A stretch of DNA of 64,000 nucleotides from the NCBI GenBank assembly GCA_046331525.1, contig JAXLQQ010000008.1, positions 29,304-93,303 on the forward strand, written 5' to 3'. The position numbers and the translations under genes are program-made. The stretch's first letter is position 1; every line of letters starts with the position of its first letter. Origin of the DNA: Blastocatellia bacterium (lineage in GTDB: Bacteria; Acidobacteriota; Blastocatellia; RBC074). Below are positions 41,297 to 51,783 of this stretch, in pieces. The notes below the pieces were generated by a model. It was given only the letters and a program-made list of their open reading frames with translations. It had not been told where the DNA came from and ran no database searches.

Positions 41297-42430
41297 CTAT
41301 CGGCGGCGGGCAGGCGCGGGCGAGCGGCGCACTTCTTTTGTTACCGAGCCGACATCAGCAGTGGCGGCACCAGCAGGCAGTTTTGTGCCAGCGGGCATTA
41401 AGTAGAGACGGACTTGTGAGCCGTCGTCGCTTTGGCCGGAAGGACGGACGATCAGGCGGTTCGCGTCTACGTGGAAGCCGATGGAACCGTCGGCCAAACG
41501 GTCGCGGACGTTCTTGCCGCGTTCGAGCGACATCGCGGCTTTTTCGCCAGGACGGGAATAGGAATCAATGATGAGTTGTGCAGTTGGATCGGCTTCAAGC
41601 TGGCGCGCCACGTCCATCAAATTGGCTTTGCAGACGTTGTCCACGCGGGCGCTGTTGGTCTTGAAGGTATTGCAGGGCGAGAATTCAGAAACGGCAGCGA
41701 CGAGTTGTTCGGCAACGCGCACGGTGACTTGGCCGCTGGCTTCGCAGTTCGGCAATTCGCTGGTGACCTTCAAACTGATCGTCACGGTCGAGCCGAAGGG
41801 AATGCCGGTGGTGTCGAGTTTGGCGCAACTCAGATCGCCGGAAATTTTGCCCGCAGTCGTTGACCACGCGGGTGTCAGTTTGCCGTAGTTTGCGCCGCCC
41901 GTAATGGTTGTGGAGCAAACGTTGAGGGCTTCGCCCGGATTGATGAATTGTGAACTGCTCGTCAGCGTCAGGCTGGGCGTCGTGAAGCAGGTCGGGCACG
42001 CGATGACGACAAAGGTTTTGGAATCATACGCCGTGCAGTTCCCTTCGCATTCCTTGTACGGCACGCCCGCTTCCGCCGTCACAACGTAGGTGCCGGGCGT
42101 CAATCCTGTCGTATCCAAAACGTAATGCCCATTGATGTCCGACATGCCGTTGCCGCCAGAAACCGTCCACTTCACCGGCAAGGCATCTGCGCCGTCCATG
42201 CCTGACACGCGCGCGGTGAATCCAATTTTATCGCCCGCGCAAATCGTGTTCGCCGCCGGGCGTGTGTAGCCGTCAGCCTGACTTAGAATGACGCCATTTT
42301 CCAAGCGGAGCGTTGGCACTACGCGCGGTTTCAGTTTGCGCGCGTCGTTTTTATCGGGCTTGGTTTGCGCGAAAGAAGTGAGGGCGCAGAGTAGTAGTGT
42401 GAGCGTGAGAAACAATTTTGGACTTTGCAT
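41297..42430 (-). CDS. Secreted protein with Ig-like / PKD-like beta domains and C-terminal OmpA-like peptidoglycan-binding domain
   Basis: Signal peptide [22 protein letters not shown]-terminal [28 protein letters not shown]...NRLIVRPSG. Confidence 0.6.
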   Translation of the reverse strand: MQSPKLFLTLTLLLCALTSFAQTKPDKNDARKLKPRVVPTLRLENGVILSQADGYTRPAANTICAGDKIGFTARVSGMDGADALPVKWTVSGGNGMSDINGHYVLDTTGLTPGTYVVTAEAGVPYKECEGNCTAYDSKTFVVIACPTCFTTPSLTLTSSSQFINPGEALNVCSTTITGGANYGKLTPAWSTTAGKISGDLSCAKLDTTGIPFGSTVTISLKVTSELPNCEASGQVTVRVAEQLVAAVSEFSPCNTFKTNSARVDNVCKANLMDVARQLEADPTAQLIIDSYSRPGEKAAMSLERGKNVRDRLADGSIGFHVDANRLIVRPSGQSDDGSQVRLYLMPAGTKLPAGAATADVGSVTKEVRRSPAPARRR

Positions 42431-42631
42431 GATGAGGATACCAATCCTTTCAAAGAGAATCTCGTTTACGGGGCGCTATCGTGAGGCAGCAGCAGGTCGT
42501 TGGGGGAGGATGAATTACAGTCAATCAATGTTCCATTGCCATTGCAACTTCGTGAAGAATGTATTTTGACCAATTTGCGCCGTAACGCAAGCAGAAAGTT
42601 AGAGATGGAAAAAGGGATTACTAAAATTCCG

Positions 42632-42979
42632 CTATTCGTCGCTCGCCTTGCGCGTGCGAGTTTGCTTGATCTCGCTTTTGCGTTTTTTATTTTCCAGGCG
42701 CGCGGCTTTGGCAGCGGCGGAAGGTTTGGTCGCGCGGCGTGGTTTGCGGACTTTTTGCATCTCGATCAGCTTTTCGGCTAATCGCTCAAAGGCGGCTTCA
42801 CGGTTGGCGGATTGTGAACGGCGCTCGGTCGCTTGCACGACGACGCCGCTGGGATGATGCGTCAGGCGGACGCCAGTTTCGACCTTGTTGCGATGCTGAC
42901 CGCCGGGGCCGCCAGCGACAAAAAATTCCATCGCGGAATCGCGCTCCAACGCGGCACGGTCGGTTTCGTATTTCGTCAT
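42632..42979 (-). CDS. arfB: Peptidyl-tRNA hydrolase ArfB (alternative ribosome-rescue factor, class-I release-factor GGQ domain)
   Basis: VAGGPGGQHRNKVETGVRL ... RRSQSANREAAFERL, and a basic C-terminal tail. Confidence 0.75.
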   Translation of the reverse strand: MTKYETDRAALERDSAMEFFVAGGPGGQHRNKVETGVRLTHHPSGVVVQATERRSQSANREAAFERLAEKLIEMQKVRKPRRATKPSAAAKAARLENKKRKSEIKQTRTRKASDE

Positions 42980-43069
42980 TATTTTTCTTCCCTTCTCCAA
43001 TTTGACCGTCTGAGGTTCCCCTGCTTAGAATCGGCGTTCGTTTCATATCACAAGAAGCCTTGAGACAAA

Positions 43070-44632
43070 ATGAGTTTTTCGCTGGCGCGTGTGCGCACTT
43101 TTTTTTCTGCCCCACTTGCTGAAGAACCCGGACGCCTGCGGCTGTGGCTTTGCCTCGGCACTTTCGCGTGGCTGGTCGTCTGGTCGCGGTATTGGCCGTA
43201 TACGGGTGATGGCGATTCGATGTTGCATTACTGGAACCTGCGCGTAACGTGGCTTGATCCGAAACTGGGGCTGACCTCGTGGGCGCGCCCGTTGTATGTG
43301 CTGCTGATGATTGTGCCTGCGCAATTCGGCTGGCTGGCAGCGCGCACGTTTGCCGCGTTCGTGACGACGCTGCTGGTGTGGCAGACGATGCGGATGGCGG
43401 ATGATTTAGAGTTGCGCAATGCGAATCTGGCGGGGCTTTTTTTGATCTTTCAGCCGCTGGCGTTTGCGCTGGCGAGCGACACGATGACGGAAATTCCAAT
43501 GGCGCTCGGCTTGGTAATCGCGCTGCGGCTGTGGTGGGCGAAGCGATTTGCAGCGTCGTGTTTGCTGATGTCGTTTTTGCCGCTCGCGCGACCCGAAGGA
43601 TTTTTGCTTGCGCCGGTTTGGGGGCTGTTTTTATTGGCTTTGCCGCGCACGAAAGAGCATCCGACGTGGCCGCAGCGCTTCCTGATTGGAAGCTCGCTGG
43701 CAACGGGTATCGTCACGCTGTTGGTCGTTTGCCGCATCGTCGCGGGGCAATGGTTGTACTTCGTTTATGAATGGTCGTGGCCGCTGGTCGGCACGCAAAA
43801 AGGGAGCCTCTGGCATCACGTTATTTACTGGCCGTATTACTGCGGCTGGATTTTGCTGCCATTGTTTTTGCTGGGGCTGCTGCCGTCGCTGCGGCGTAGG
43901 ATGGGGCTGGCGTGGGCGGCGTGGGCGACAGTGTTAGTGGCGCATTCGTATATGTTCTGGACGGGAACGTTTGGGGCGTTGGGATTTATGCGCATCCTCG
44001 TCAGCACTGCCCCCGTGACGGCTTTGATTTGCTTGTATGGTTGGAATGGACTGGCTTTCGTCCTGCGCGCCGAACGTTGGCCAGCGTTGTTGCGACGCGC
44101 GCTTACCGCCGTTGTCATCTTTGCGGCGGCGTTGACCGTGATGATTTATTACGTCGCTGAGCCAATGCACTATCGCTTTGTGTTGGCGCAAAAAGCCGCC
44201 GCCTTTGTCCGCGCCAATCAACTGCTGACGAGTGCGCCACGTCTGTTCGCTGCCGATCAATCCGTTTTCGTCGAATTGAAAATCCCGCCGCGCGAAGTAT
44301 TGCTCGTCGTCCACGACCCGAAAAAACCGCCGTTCGAGACGGGGTTACTGGTGCGCAATTACTTCACTCGCGAAGAGAGCGTCAGCCAATTCCAAGCCTT
44401 GCCTGCAAACACGGTCGGCGTCTGGGACAATGACCAGGGTCGCTGGTGGCATCACGTACAACCCGAAGAATTCCCCGGCCTCGGGTATCAACTGCTCTAC
44501 AAAGTGCGGCAGACCGAAAAAGAATTCTTACCGAATTTTCCTGCGTGGATGAAAGAGTATTTGCTTGATCCGTTTATTGCGCTGAAATACGGCGGGCCGG
44601 AACAGGAGTTTGTGGTCGTGCGAAAGCAGTGA
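43070..44632 (+). CDS. Polytopic membrane protein (paralog of 46958..48418; GT-C-like fold suspected)
   Basis: About 12 TM segments. Shared blocks with its paralog include ...ALRLWW/HTRGR...ARPEGF.... Confidence 0.6.
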   Translation: MSFSLARVRTFFSAPLAEEPGRLRLWLCLGTFAWLVVWSRYWPYTGDGDSMLHYWNLRVTWLDPKLGLTSWARPLYVLLMIVPAQFGWLAARTFAAFVTTLLVWQTMRMADDLELRNANLAGLFLIFQPLAFALASDTMTEIPMALGLVIALRLWWAKRFAASCLLMSFLPLARPEGFLLAPVWGLFLLALPRTKEHPTWPQRFLIGSSLATGIVTLLVVCRIVAGQWLYFVYEWSWPLVGTQKGSLWHHVIYWPYYCGWILLPLFLLGLLPSLRRRMGLAWAAWATVLVAHSYMFWTGTFGALGFMRILVSTAPVTALICLYGWNGLAFVLRAERWPALLRRALTAVVIFAAALTVMIYYVAEPMHYRFVLAQKAAAFVRANQLLTSAPRLFAADQSVFVELKIPPREVLLVVHDPKKPPFETGLLVRNYFTREESVSQFQALPANTVGVWDNDQGRWWHHVQPEEFPGLGYQLLYKVRQTEKEFLPNFPAWMKEYLLDPFIALKYGGPEQEFVVVRKQ

Positions 44633-44706
44633 GGGAGAGCGGGGGGAAAAAGAGCAAATACAGCCGCTAGTCTCGCCCTCTCTCTTTCCCTCCTTCTCTC
44701 TGTTAA
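44633..44706. repeat. GA-rich / TC-rich element (copy 3, shorter)
   Basis: gagggagagcggggggaaaaagag ... gccctctctctttccctccttctctct. Confidence 0.45.
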
Positions 44707-45814
44707 CTAGCCTTTCCCGGCATAGTATCCACGCCGATGACGAATCTTCACGTCCTTCGCATTTTGCTTGGGCAGTTTGATTTCGATTTTGCGGAAACTG
44801 CCGTCCTGCGCTTCGTTCGTGGGTTCGTAGGCAAGTAAGTATTGTTGCCGCATGTCTTGTTCAAGTTGCAGGAAAGCGCTGTCGAGGTCGCGCCGGCTGT
44901 TGGGGATGAAAGCGCGTCCGCCCGTCGCTTCAGTCAGGTTTTTGAGTTTGCCTTCGTCCACGCCGCTGCCCATCGAAAATCCGCCGCCGACCGGATCGCC
45001 AATGCCGATGGCGTATACAACAACTTCGGCGCGCAGGGCTTCGGTAATCGCGTCATTCAGTTTCATCCGGCTGGTCGTGTCCACGCCGTCAGTCAGCAAC
45101 ACGATGGTTTTGCGCCCCGGCTCTTTGGCCAGCAAATCCGCGCTGGCGGCAATCACTGAATCCCAGATCGAAGTTCCGCCCTGACGGGAATTGCCGTTGA
45201 TGCCCGGTGTGCCGCCGTAACGGGTGGGCGGCGAGATGTAAGCAATTTCTTCCAGCCCTTTGCGTAGGCGATTTTGTTCGAGTCAGGTTTTGCATCAGCG
45301 TCGCTTCGCCTTCGAACTTGATGATGGCGGCGACATCTTTGCCTGTGCGCATCACGGCATCCACAAAGCGCCCCCAGCGTCCTTGAGCTGCGGCAACACA
45401 TACTGTTCACTGCCGCTCACGTCTACCATAATCGCCATCGTGAGGGCAAATCGAATTCCTTTTGAAGGTGAAGATTTCCTGCGGCTGACCGTTTTCCGTG
45501 ATTTCAAGGTCTTCTTTGGTCAGGTTTTCCAGATAGCGGTTTTGTTTGTCAGTCACGCTGAAAAGCACATTGACCAGCTTGGTGCCAACCTTCAGCACCT
45601 GCCCGCCTTCCTCTTCCTCGGCCTCTTTGGATTTCTTCGGTGGTTGCTGGTTCGGCGGTTGTTTTTGTGGGGAGGCGGGCTGTTGCGCGTGGGCACGGTC
45701 AAGCGCGAAGGCGGCGAACAAAACGAGCAAGCTGCCCAACAGCACAGCACCAAACATAGAGTTTTTGGATACAACTTTCATACGACTCCCACGCGCACAA
45801 GGGTGCGTTGACAA
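44707..45814 (-). pseudogene. vWA-domain protein of the Acidobacterial VWFA-related type, split across 3 frames
   Basis: 45407..45814 has the N-terminus with signal peptide and a beta-rich segment. 44707..45156 has the vWA core (TIVLLTDGVDT ... TGGRAFIP ... QQYLLAYEP). The middle is in a third frame. Confidence 0.5.
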
Positions 45815-45822
45815 ACGAGCAG

Positions 45823-46884
45823 TTAATTCGGTTTCGCAACCGCTGCCGGGCCGGAGGAATCTCTTGCCTCATAGCCTTTGCGAGTGCGAATTTTCATATC
45901 TTTCTTGCCCGGCACTCGGACTTCGATCTGACGAAATCTGCCGTCAAAGTTAATGTTGCTGGGTGAATACGCGATGATGTACTGGCTGCGTAATTCCTGT
46001 GTTACGGAAGCAAAGCCCTTTTCGAGTTGTAGTGTAGTGCCGGTGAAGAAAGCGCGCCCGCCCGTATCTTCGGCCAGTTTTTTCAGGTTCTTATCTTCCG
46101 CACTGTCTACCTGTCCAGCTTGCACGCCGAAGAACCCGGCCGCCTTGTTGCTAATGACAAAGACAACGGTTTCCGAACGCAACGCAATATTGATCGCATC
46201 CGTCAACGTGTGTTCACTCGCCGTATCTTCGCCGTCGGTAATCAACACAATTGCACGCCGCCGTCCAGCTTCGGCAAACATCTTCTCTTCGCAAATCCGA
46301 TACACCGCATCGTAGAGGCGTGTTTCACCGTAAGCTTTCACTTTGTCAATGGATTGCGAAAGTAGGTCAATGCGGTTCGTGTAATCCTGTTGCAATTCAA
46401 TATCGGAGTTGAAGGAGAGAAAGAGCGCGCGATCCTGACGCGGACGCAACACGGTTTGTAGGAATGACACAGCAGCATCGCGTTGAAATTTCAATTTCGG
46501 CTTGACACTATTAGAGGTGTCCATCAGCAAGGCGATGTCGAGCGGCAAATTTGCTTCCGCCAGAAAACTAACAATGTCTTCCTGCTTCACCTTATCTTCG
46601 TAGATTTCAAAATCCGCTTGTTTGAGGTCAGTAACAAAACGGTTGCTCTTGTCCGTCACGGCAAGCGGGAGCCTAACGTTATAGGTAACAATAGGTCTGT
46701 CCCTAAACTCTGGTACCTGCTGATCTGGAGTTTCGCCAGCCGGTTTCGTTTTGCTCTGCGTGGGATTCTGCGGTGTTTCCGGCTGCTTGGGCTTGGGCAG
46801 CGGTGTTTGCTGCGACTGTGCCTGCGCGATGGTCAAGCAGCTCAGGGCAACAAGGAAAGTAGAAATCAGACGCGATATTTTCAT
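45823..46884 (-). CDS. Secreted vWA-domain protein (Acidobacterial VWFA-related family; TIGR03436-like by recollection)
   Basis: Signal peptide MKISRLISTFLVALSCLTIAQA. DIALLMDTSNS is the MIDAS motif. RAIVLITDGEDT...TGGRAFF and the QYIIAYSP tail follow. Confidence 0.75.
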   Translation of the reverse strand: MKISRLISTFLVALSCLTIAQAQSQQTPLPKPKQPETPQNPTQSKTKPAGETPDQQVPEFRDRPIVTYNVRLPLAVTDKSNRFVTDLKQADFEIYEDKVKQEDIVSFLAEANLPLDIALLMDTSNSVKPKLKFQRDAAVSFLQTVLRPRQDRALFLSFNSDIELQQDYTNRIDLLSQSIDKVKAYGETRLYDAVYRICEEKMFAEAGRRRAIVLITDGEDTASEHTLTDAINIALRSETVVFVISNKAAGFFGVQAGQVDSAEDKNLKKLAEDTGGRAFFTGTTLQLEKGFASVTQELRSQYIIAYSPSNINFDGRFRQIEVRVPGKKDMKIRTRKGYEARDSSGPAAVAKPN

Positions 46885-46957
46885 GACGATACTTCTCCTG
46901 CAAAGATTTTGATGAGGCACGATTATATTGTGCCGACCTAGCGCGCGTAAAGCAGCC

Positions 46958-48418
46958 TCACTCTTTATAAAACAAATGCAAATCCAACTTGCGCGTGCCC
47001 ATCATTGGCCCTTTCCAATTCGTCCACAAATATCCTGTCAATGAATACGACTGCGACCGCAGCCGTTTATAACCAATGCTCTCGAAATCCTGCTCGGTCA
47101 GGCTGTACCAATTCGGCCCGATTTCGCTATCCCAAAAAATCAAAGTGCCGGAGGGAGATTCCTGTAACATTTTACGATTCGTCGCACGATCTTTGGTCAG
47201 ATATGGTCGCGTCGTCATATCCACGTCGTGAAACATCGCTGACATTGTGGCGTGACTCCACACCAGTTTGGTAACTGGTCGTTTGTTCTGCAAAAACCAC
47301 TCGTGCATGTCCCGAATCGCCCAGCCATCGCGCGGCCACGGCATCCCATCCAGATACAAAACGCAAAGCGCGGCTGAGATGAGCAGAATGAGGCTGGCGG
47401 TTGCCAGGCGAATTTGCGGAGGAAGTCGAGGGAAGAACCTGACAAGCGTATTCCAACTGACCGTTGCAAGCAGATTCCAGCCAATCAAGGTGATTAACGC
47501 CATCGCAGGGGCGACGCTGACCATATAACGCGGATAACCCGCTTCGCCCACCGCGCCAAACACCCAAAATCCTGTGTGTAACAAAAACGGCACCAGAAAC
47601 GAAGTCGTCAACGTCCAGTGCTCTCGCCGCTTGAGCAACAGCACAAGTCCGACTAAAAAAGGCACGAGCAACAAGCCGCCCACCATTTCCGGCAAGCGCG
47701 CGGGATACGACCAGAAATGCGCCGAGCCGTAGACGCCCTCGTGCCAATCGCTCGGCCAGTTATGTTTGATGAACAGCGGGTCTTTCGTCACAATGTACGC
47801 TGCCAGCCACCAGATAAACGAACCAATCGCCAACAGCAATGACCAGGGAATGCGCCGCCAGAACACCGTCGAAGCGCGCTTATCAAACAAAATCCACACG
47901 CCCCACAACACGCCGATGAAAAAGCCTTCCGGGCGCGCCATTACGAGCAGCGAAGCCACCACCATTCCGAGTCGCACACGCCCGCGCGTGTGCAAGCGCA
48001 GTGCGATGACGAACACCAGCGCAAACAATGTCTCCGTCAGCAAATCGGGGAAGAGAACGAAAAAGGAGGGCTGCAAAAAGATCAACGGAACGGCGAGCCA
48101 GCTTCGTTCCAGCTTCAAATCCTGCGCGAGCTTCCACGTTTGCCACGCCGTCGCCAGACAGATGGCCACCGTAAACAGCCGCGCCGTCTGATAGCCGATC
48201 ATCGCCGGAAACGAGTACAGAAAGGTAAACAACGGGCGCTGCCAGACGCCGACCAGCATATACGGATAACGCCAGCCCCAGCGGGCAAAGAGGAAATGAT
48301 AGCTGCTATCCTGCTGAAAACCATCGGGGTAAAGTTGCACAAGTGCAATGCCAACGAGCGTAAACACGCCCAGCCAAAGGAGGGCTTTTTGGCGCGGGGA
48401 GATTGCGATTGAGTCCAT
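46958..48418 (-). CDS. Polytopic membrane protein (paralog of 43070..44632)
   Basis: The same ARPEGF / ALRLHTRGR blocks, with ~12 TM segments. Confidence 0.6.
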   Translation of the reverse strand: MDSIAISPRQKALLWLGVFTLVGIALVQLYPDGFQQDSSYHFLFARWGWRYPYMLVGVWQRPLFTFLYSFPAMIGYQTARLFTVAICLATAWQTWKLAQDLKLERSWLAVPLIFLQPSFFVLFPDLLTETLFALVFVIALRLHTRGRVRLGMVVASLLVMARPEGFFIGVLWGVWILFDKRASTVFWRRIPWSLLLAIGSFIWWLAAYIVTKDPLFIKHNWPSDWHEGVYGSAHFWSYPARLPEMVGGLLLVPFLVGLVLLLKRREHWTLTTSFLVPFLLHTGFWVFGAVGEAGYPRYMVSVAPAMALITLIGWNLLATVSWNTLVRFFPRLPPQIRLATASLILLISAALCVLYLDGMPWPRDGWAIRDMHEWFLQNKRPVTKLVWSHATMSAMFHDVDMTTRPYLTKDRATNRKMLQESPSGTLIFWDSEIGPNWYSLTEQDFESIGYKRLRSQSYSLTGYLWTNWKGPMMGTRKLDLHLFYKE

Positions 48419-48557
48419 CGGTTATGAAGACACTTTTTCAGATTGGGTGTAGCGGCAAACTCTAAACGTTTCGACAAAATAACGCAAAAGGGTGAGAGCA
48501 GTATTGCTCTCACCCTTCGATTGCGGGGTTGTTCAGCGGCGGCAGTGGGTAACTTGA

Positions 48558-49058
48558 TTATTTCGCAGCGGGCGCGGCGTCTTTCTTCGCTTCGCCAGCT
48601 TCAGTCGTGCCATATAATTGGCCTTGCCCGCGCGGCACAGAACCTTTGGTCTTGTTTTCGATCTTGTAGATGTCGCCCTTTTCCGTCACGTTGAAATCGC
48701 TATAGCCATCGCCATCGCTGGCGCGGTCGGCGTGAACGGTGAATTGATTGGTGGTCACATCGGCGCTGGTGTAAACATACCCGCCAATGACTTTGCTCTC
48801 GCCAAAACTGGGGCGCAACAATTCCGCTTCAACCAATTCATTCAAACTCCCGTATTTGCCTTTGGAGTTGTAATACGACGCCTGGGCGCGATGAATTTCC
48901 TGCAACGATTGAATCGCGGCAGTTTCGCGGCCTTGTTTCAAATACGCATTCAAGCGCGGAATCGCTACGGCGGCCATAATGCCGATAATCGAAATCACGA
49001 TTAGCAATTCAATCAACGAAAAGCCGGCGGCGCGACGTGTGAGTTTTTGAGGTCTCAT
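48558..49058 (-). CDS. Prepilin-type pilin / pseudopilin (N-terminal cleavage/methylation domain)
   Basis: AAGFSLIELLIVISIIGIMAAVAIP is the class III signal. Confidence 0.8.
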   Translation of the reverse strand: MRPQKLTRRAAGFSLIELLIVISIIGIMAAVAIPRLNAYLKQGRETAAIQSLQEIHRAQASYYNSKGKYGSLNELVEAELLRPSFGESKVIGGYVYTSADVTTNQFTVHADRASDGDGYSDFNVTEKGDIYKIENKTKGSVPRGQGQLYGTTEAGEAKKDAAPAAK

Positions 49059-49239
49059 GGTTGACAGTCTCCTTATGCTTACTAACAAAAATAATCTGCT
49101 GGTTCATTCGGCCCCGGATGTGGGGCACCAACGTACAGGCTTTAAGTGCGTGCATCTGAATGAACGTTGGACTCTGGAGCTAGTTCCAATTTTACTATAG
49201 TGCGAATGAGGGCGAATTCTCCAATCTGCGCGCGATTTT

Positions 49240-49974
49240 TTACCGGTAGGAATTTGCGCTCGCCCGACTGCTGGCCAACGTTTCTGGTTCCCATGGCGTC
49301 GCGCCACGCCGAAAGTAGGTTCTGAGCGCCAACCACAACACGACTAGCGAAAGCCCCAACCACAGCACTGACCACACCGTCGCTGGAATCATCGTCATTC
49401 GCTGCATATTCACGGCATCACTGGATTGATTGGTAACAGCAGAAATCAAGAATAACGTCTTCAGATCATAAAGCGCGTTCAGACAGCATTGCACCGCCAG
49501 AAAGCTCAGGAAAAAATGCGCGACTTTCGGGTTCGACGCGGCGGCAAAGAAAATCAGCGCGGCGGTCAGGCCGCCCCCGACAATTAAACCGAAAATGCCT
49601 TTGACCCAGACAATCGTCAACGCCAGAATCAACGCCGCCGTAATGCCGAGCGCCATTTTCGCCCGTTTGCCGTTGCGACAAATCAGCAGCAAGGCCGCGC
49701 CAAACAACGTGCTGGTCAAATACCCCGCGCTGGAAATCAAAATCGGCCAGCCTCCGAGCGAAAGCGTGATGCCGCTGGTGTCGTAATAGATGGCAATGCG
49801 CTCCACCGCGCCCATCGTCGCCACCGCCATCAGCGCGTGCCCTCCCTCATGAATGAAGGTAACGAAGAGCTTAAACGGATAGACCAGCAAATCCGCCATC
49901 GGGATAAACGACAGCACGACGCTGATGACCGAAGCTCCCAGCAAATATGTTTTGGCATCACGATCATGGGTCAT
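49240..49974 (-). CDS. M50B-like integral-membrane metalloprotease
   Basis: FIHEGGHALMA is an HExxH-type motif sitting within a TM helix, and there are 6-7 TM segments. Confidence 0.55.
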   Translation of the reverse strand: MTHDRDAKTYLLGASVISVVLSFIPMADLLVYPFKLFVTFIHEGGHALMAVATMGAVERIAIYYDTSGITLSLGGWPILISSAGYLTSTLFGAALLLICRNGKRAKMALGITAALILALTIVWVKGIFGLIVGGGLTAALIFFAAASNPKVAHFFLSFLAVQCCLNALYDLKTLFLISAVTNQSSDAVNMQRMTMIPATVWSVLWLGLSLVVLWLALRTYFRRGATPWEPETLASSRASANSYR

Positions 49975-50289
49975 AGTTTTTTTTCAGCCACGAGTTTTCA
50001 GGAATGATTTATCCCACGGATTCATTCGTGAAAATTGTGACGGCTCCTTTCACTCGTCGGAAAAATCTGGCACCCCATCATGCCATAGAGTGCCGTCAAA
50101 ATCTTACGTTCGGCGGATAAGTTCAGTTCCCACAAGCGTTTTTTCCTGGCGGCGCGGTCTGGCACAGAGGTTGTTATTCCTGACGGCGCGAACACGGCGG
50201 CGGGCGACGGCAGGAAAATGGCGTGACGACCTTTGCGCTGTCCGGCGCGGTGTTCGCGCTCCTTATTCGGCAAGCCAGGAGGTGGCAGT

Positions 50290-50937
50290 ATGTTGGCAAA
50301 TTTTATTACGTTATTTCGAGTCATTATCGCCTTTGTTTCGGTCGGGTTGTTCGGTCGCGGGCTGGCGTCCAACCTGATGGCCTTGCTGTTGCTGGTGCTG
50401 GCGATTGCGCTGGATGCGGTGGATGGTTGGGTAGCCCGGCGCTTTGGGTACACGAGCGACATTGGCGCAGCCTTTGACATCGCGGCGGATCGGATTGTCG
50501 AAAACATTTATTGGATTTATTTCGCCACCGAAGGGCTGGTTTCGTTCTGGATTCCGGCGATTGTCATTGCGCGCGGCTGCCTGACGGATTTCCTGCGCGC
50601 GGTCGCTTTCACGCAAGGGCAAACGGCCTTCGGCGAAAAGACGATGATGCAGAGCTGGTGGGGCAAACTATTAGTCGGTTCGCGCGCGAGCCGTGCGGCC
50701 TACGGTATCGTCAAATGCGCCGCGTTCCTGGCGCTCGGCCTCTGGCGTACGCTGTCTGCCGCGCCGGGCTTTCCGATTGATCAGATGGTGCTGGCGTGGC
50801 TGGGCAATGCCCTGCCAATCGTAGCTCTCGTGCTGGCAGTCGCTGCCGTTGTGATGTGCGTTGTGCGCGGTGTACCGGTAATGATTGAAGGATTTCGGTT
50901 CTTTCGCAAAGAGCTGGTCTTGCCGAAAGTCTGGTAA
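50290..50937 (+). CDS. CDP-alcohol phosphatidyltransferase
   Basis: DAVDGWVARRFGYTSDIGAAFDIAADR is the D-G-x2-A-R-x8-G-x3-D-x3-D signature. The start is at MLANFITLFRV. Confidence 0.8.
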   Translation: MLANFITLFRVIIAFVSVGLFGRGLASNLMALLLLVLAIALDAVDGWVARRFGYTSDIGAAFDIAADRIVENIYWIYFATEGLVSFWIPAIVIARGCLTDFLRAVAFTQGQTAFGEKTMMQSWWGKLLVGSRASRAAYGIVKCAAFLALGLWRTLSAAPGFPIDQMVLAWLGNALPIVALVLAVAAVVMCVVRGVPVMIEGFRFFRKELVLPKVW

Positions 50938-50946
50938 GCATGCGTA

Positions 50947-51058
50947 GCGCCTGGGAGCGCACGCGGCTCGCGTGCTGAGACGTGAGCAGGAAATCCGCTC
51001 CGAGACAAGTTACAGCGTAGTAAGCCTCAGCACGCGAGCCGCGTGCGCTCCCAAGCGC
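50947..51058. repeat. 33-nt-arm inverted repeat (1 mismatch) with ~46-nt loop, between the phosphatidyltransferase and HAD genes
   Basis: gcgcctgggagcgcacgcggctcgcgtgctgag ... ctcagcacgcgagccgcgtgcgctcccaagcgc. Confidence 0.8.
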
Positions 51059-51078
51059 CGCGCTTATACGAAAAAAGT

Positions 51079-51783
51079 ATGACCCATTCAATTGCTGCCA
51101 TTTTTGATGTAGACGGAACGCTGCTGGCGGGCGCTTCGATGGAACGGCGCTTTCTGCAATATCTCTGGCGCTATGGCGAGTTGCGTGCGGGAGACTTGCT
51201 GCGACTGGCAGCAGGAACGTTTCACACCGCCGCGCAAGGCCGCTCGATTCGGCGGGCAAACAAAGCCTATCTTGCGGGCAAGTCCTACGAACATTATTGC
51301 CGGTTGGCACAGGATTGCTTCGACCAACGGATCAAGCATCACCTTTTGCCGCAGGCGGTCGCGCGCGTGCGGTGGCATCAACAGCAAGGTCATTCCATCG
51401 TGCTGCTCTCTGGTTCGCTGGCAATGTTAGTCGAACCGCTCACGCGCCATCTAAACGCGGATTTTTCGCTGGCTACGCAAATCGCCCACAACGGCACGAC
51501 GCTGCAGGGCAAAATCGCAGGCGAGCATCCGTACAGCCGGGCGAAGGTCGGCACTTTGCTTGCGTTCAATGAACAGCACCATTTCGATTTAGCAAAATCG
51601 TTTGCCTACGGCAATCACTTTACCGACCGCCACGTGCTTGAGCTCGTCGGCGCGCCCATCGCAACGAACCCGGATCGGCGCTTGCTGCGTTGGGCGCGGC
51701 AGCACGGATGGATGATCGAAGAATTTCGGGATGGTAAGCAGGAGAAGGAATATGATGGAATTCAATCGTACCATGCAATCTGA
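51079..51783 (+). CDS. HAD-IB subfamily phosphatase (phosphoserine-phosphatase-like)
   Basis: AAIFDVDGTLL is motif I. VLLSGS and GNHFTDRHVLE are motifs III and IV. Confidence 0.75.
   Translation: MTHSIAAIFDVDGTLLAGASMERRFLQYLWRYGELRAGDLLRLAAGTFHTAAQGRSIRRANKAYLAGKSYEHYCRLAQDCFDQRIKHHLLPQAVARVRWHQQQGHSIVLLSGSLAMLVEPLTRHLNADFSLATQIAHNGTTLQGKIAGEHPYSRAKVGTLLAFNEQHHFDLAKSFAYGNHFTDRHVLELVGAPIATNPDRRLLRWARQHGWMIEEFRDGKQEKEYDGIQSYHAI

Noticed and set aside
42798-43703. 301-aa minus-strand ORF
   Set aside because: It is a low-complexity Ala/Ser/Thr/Arg-rich shadow of the plus-strand membrane-protein gene 43070..44632.
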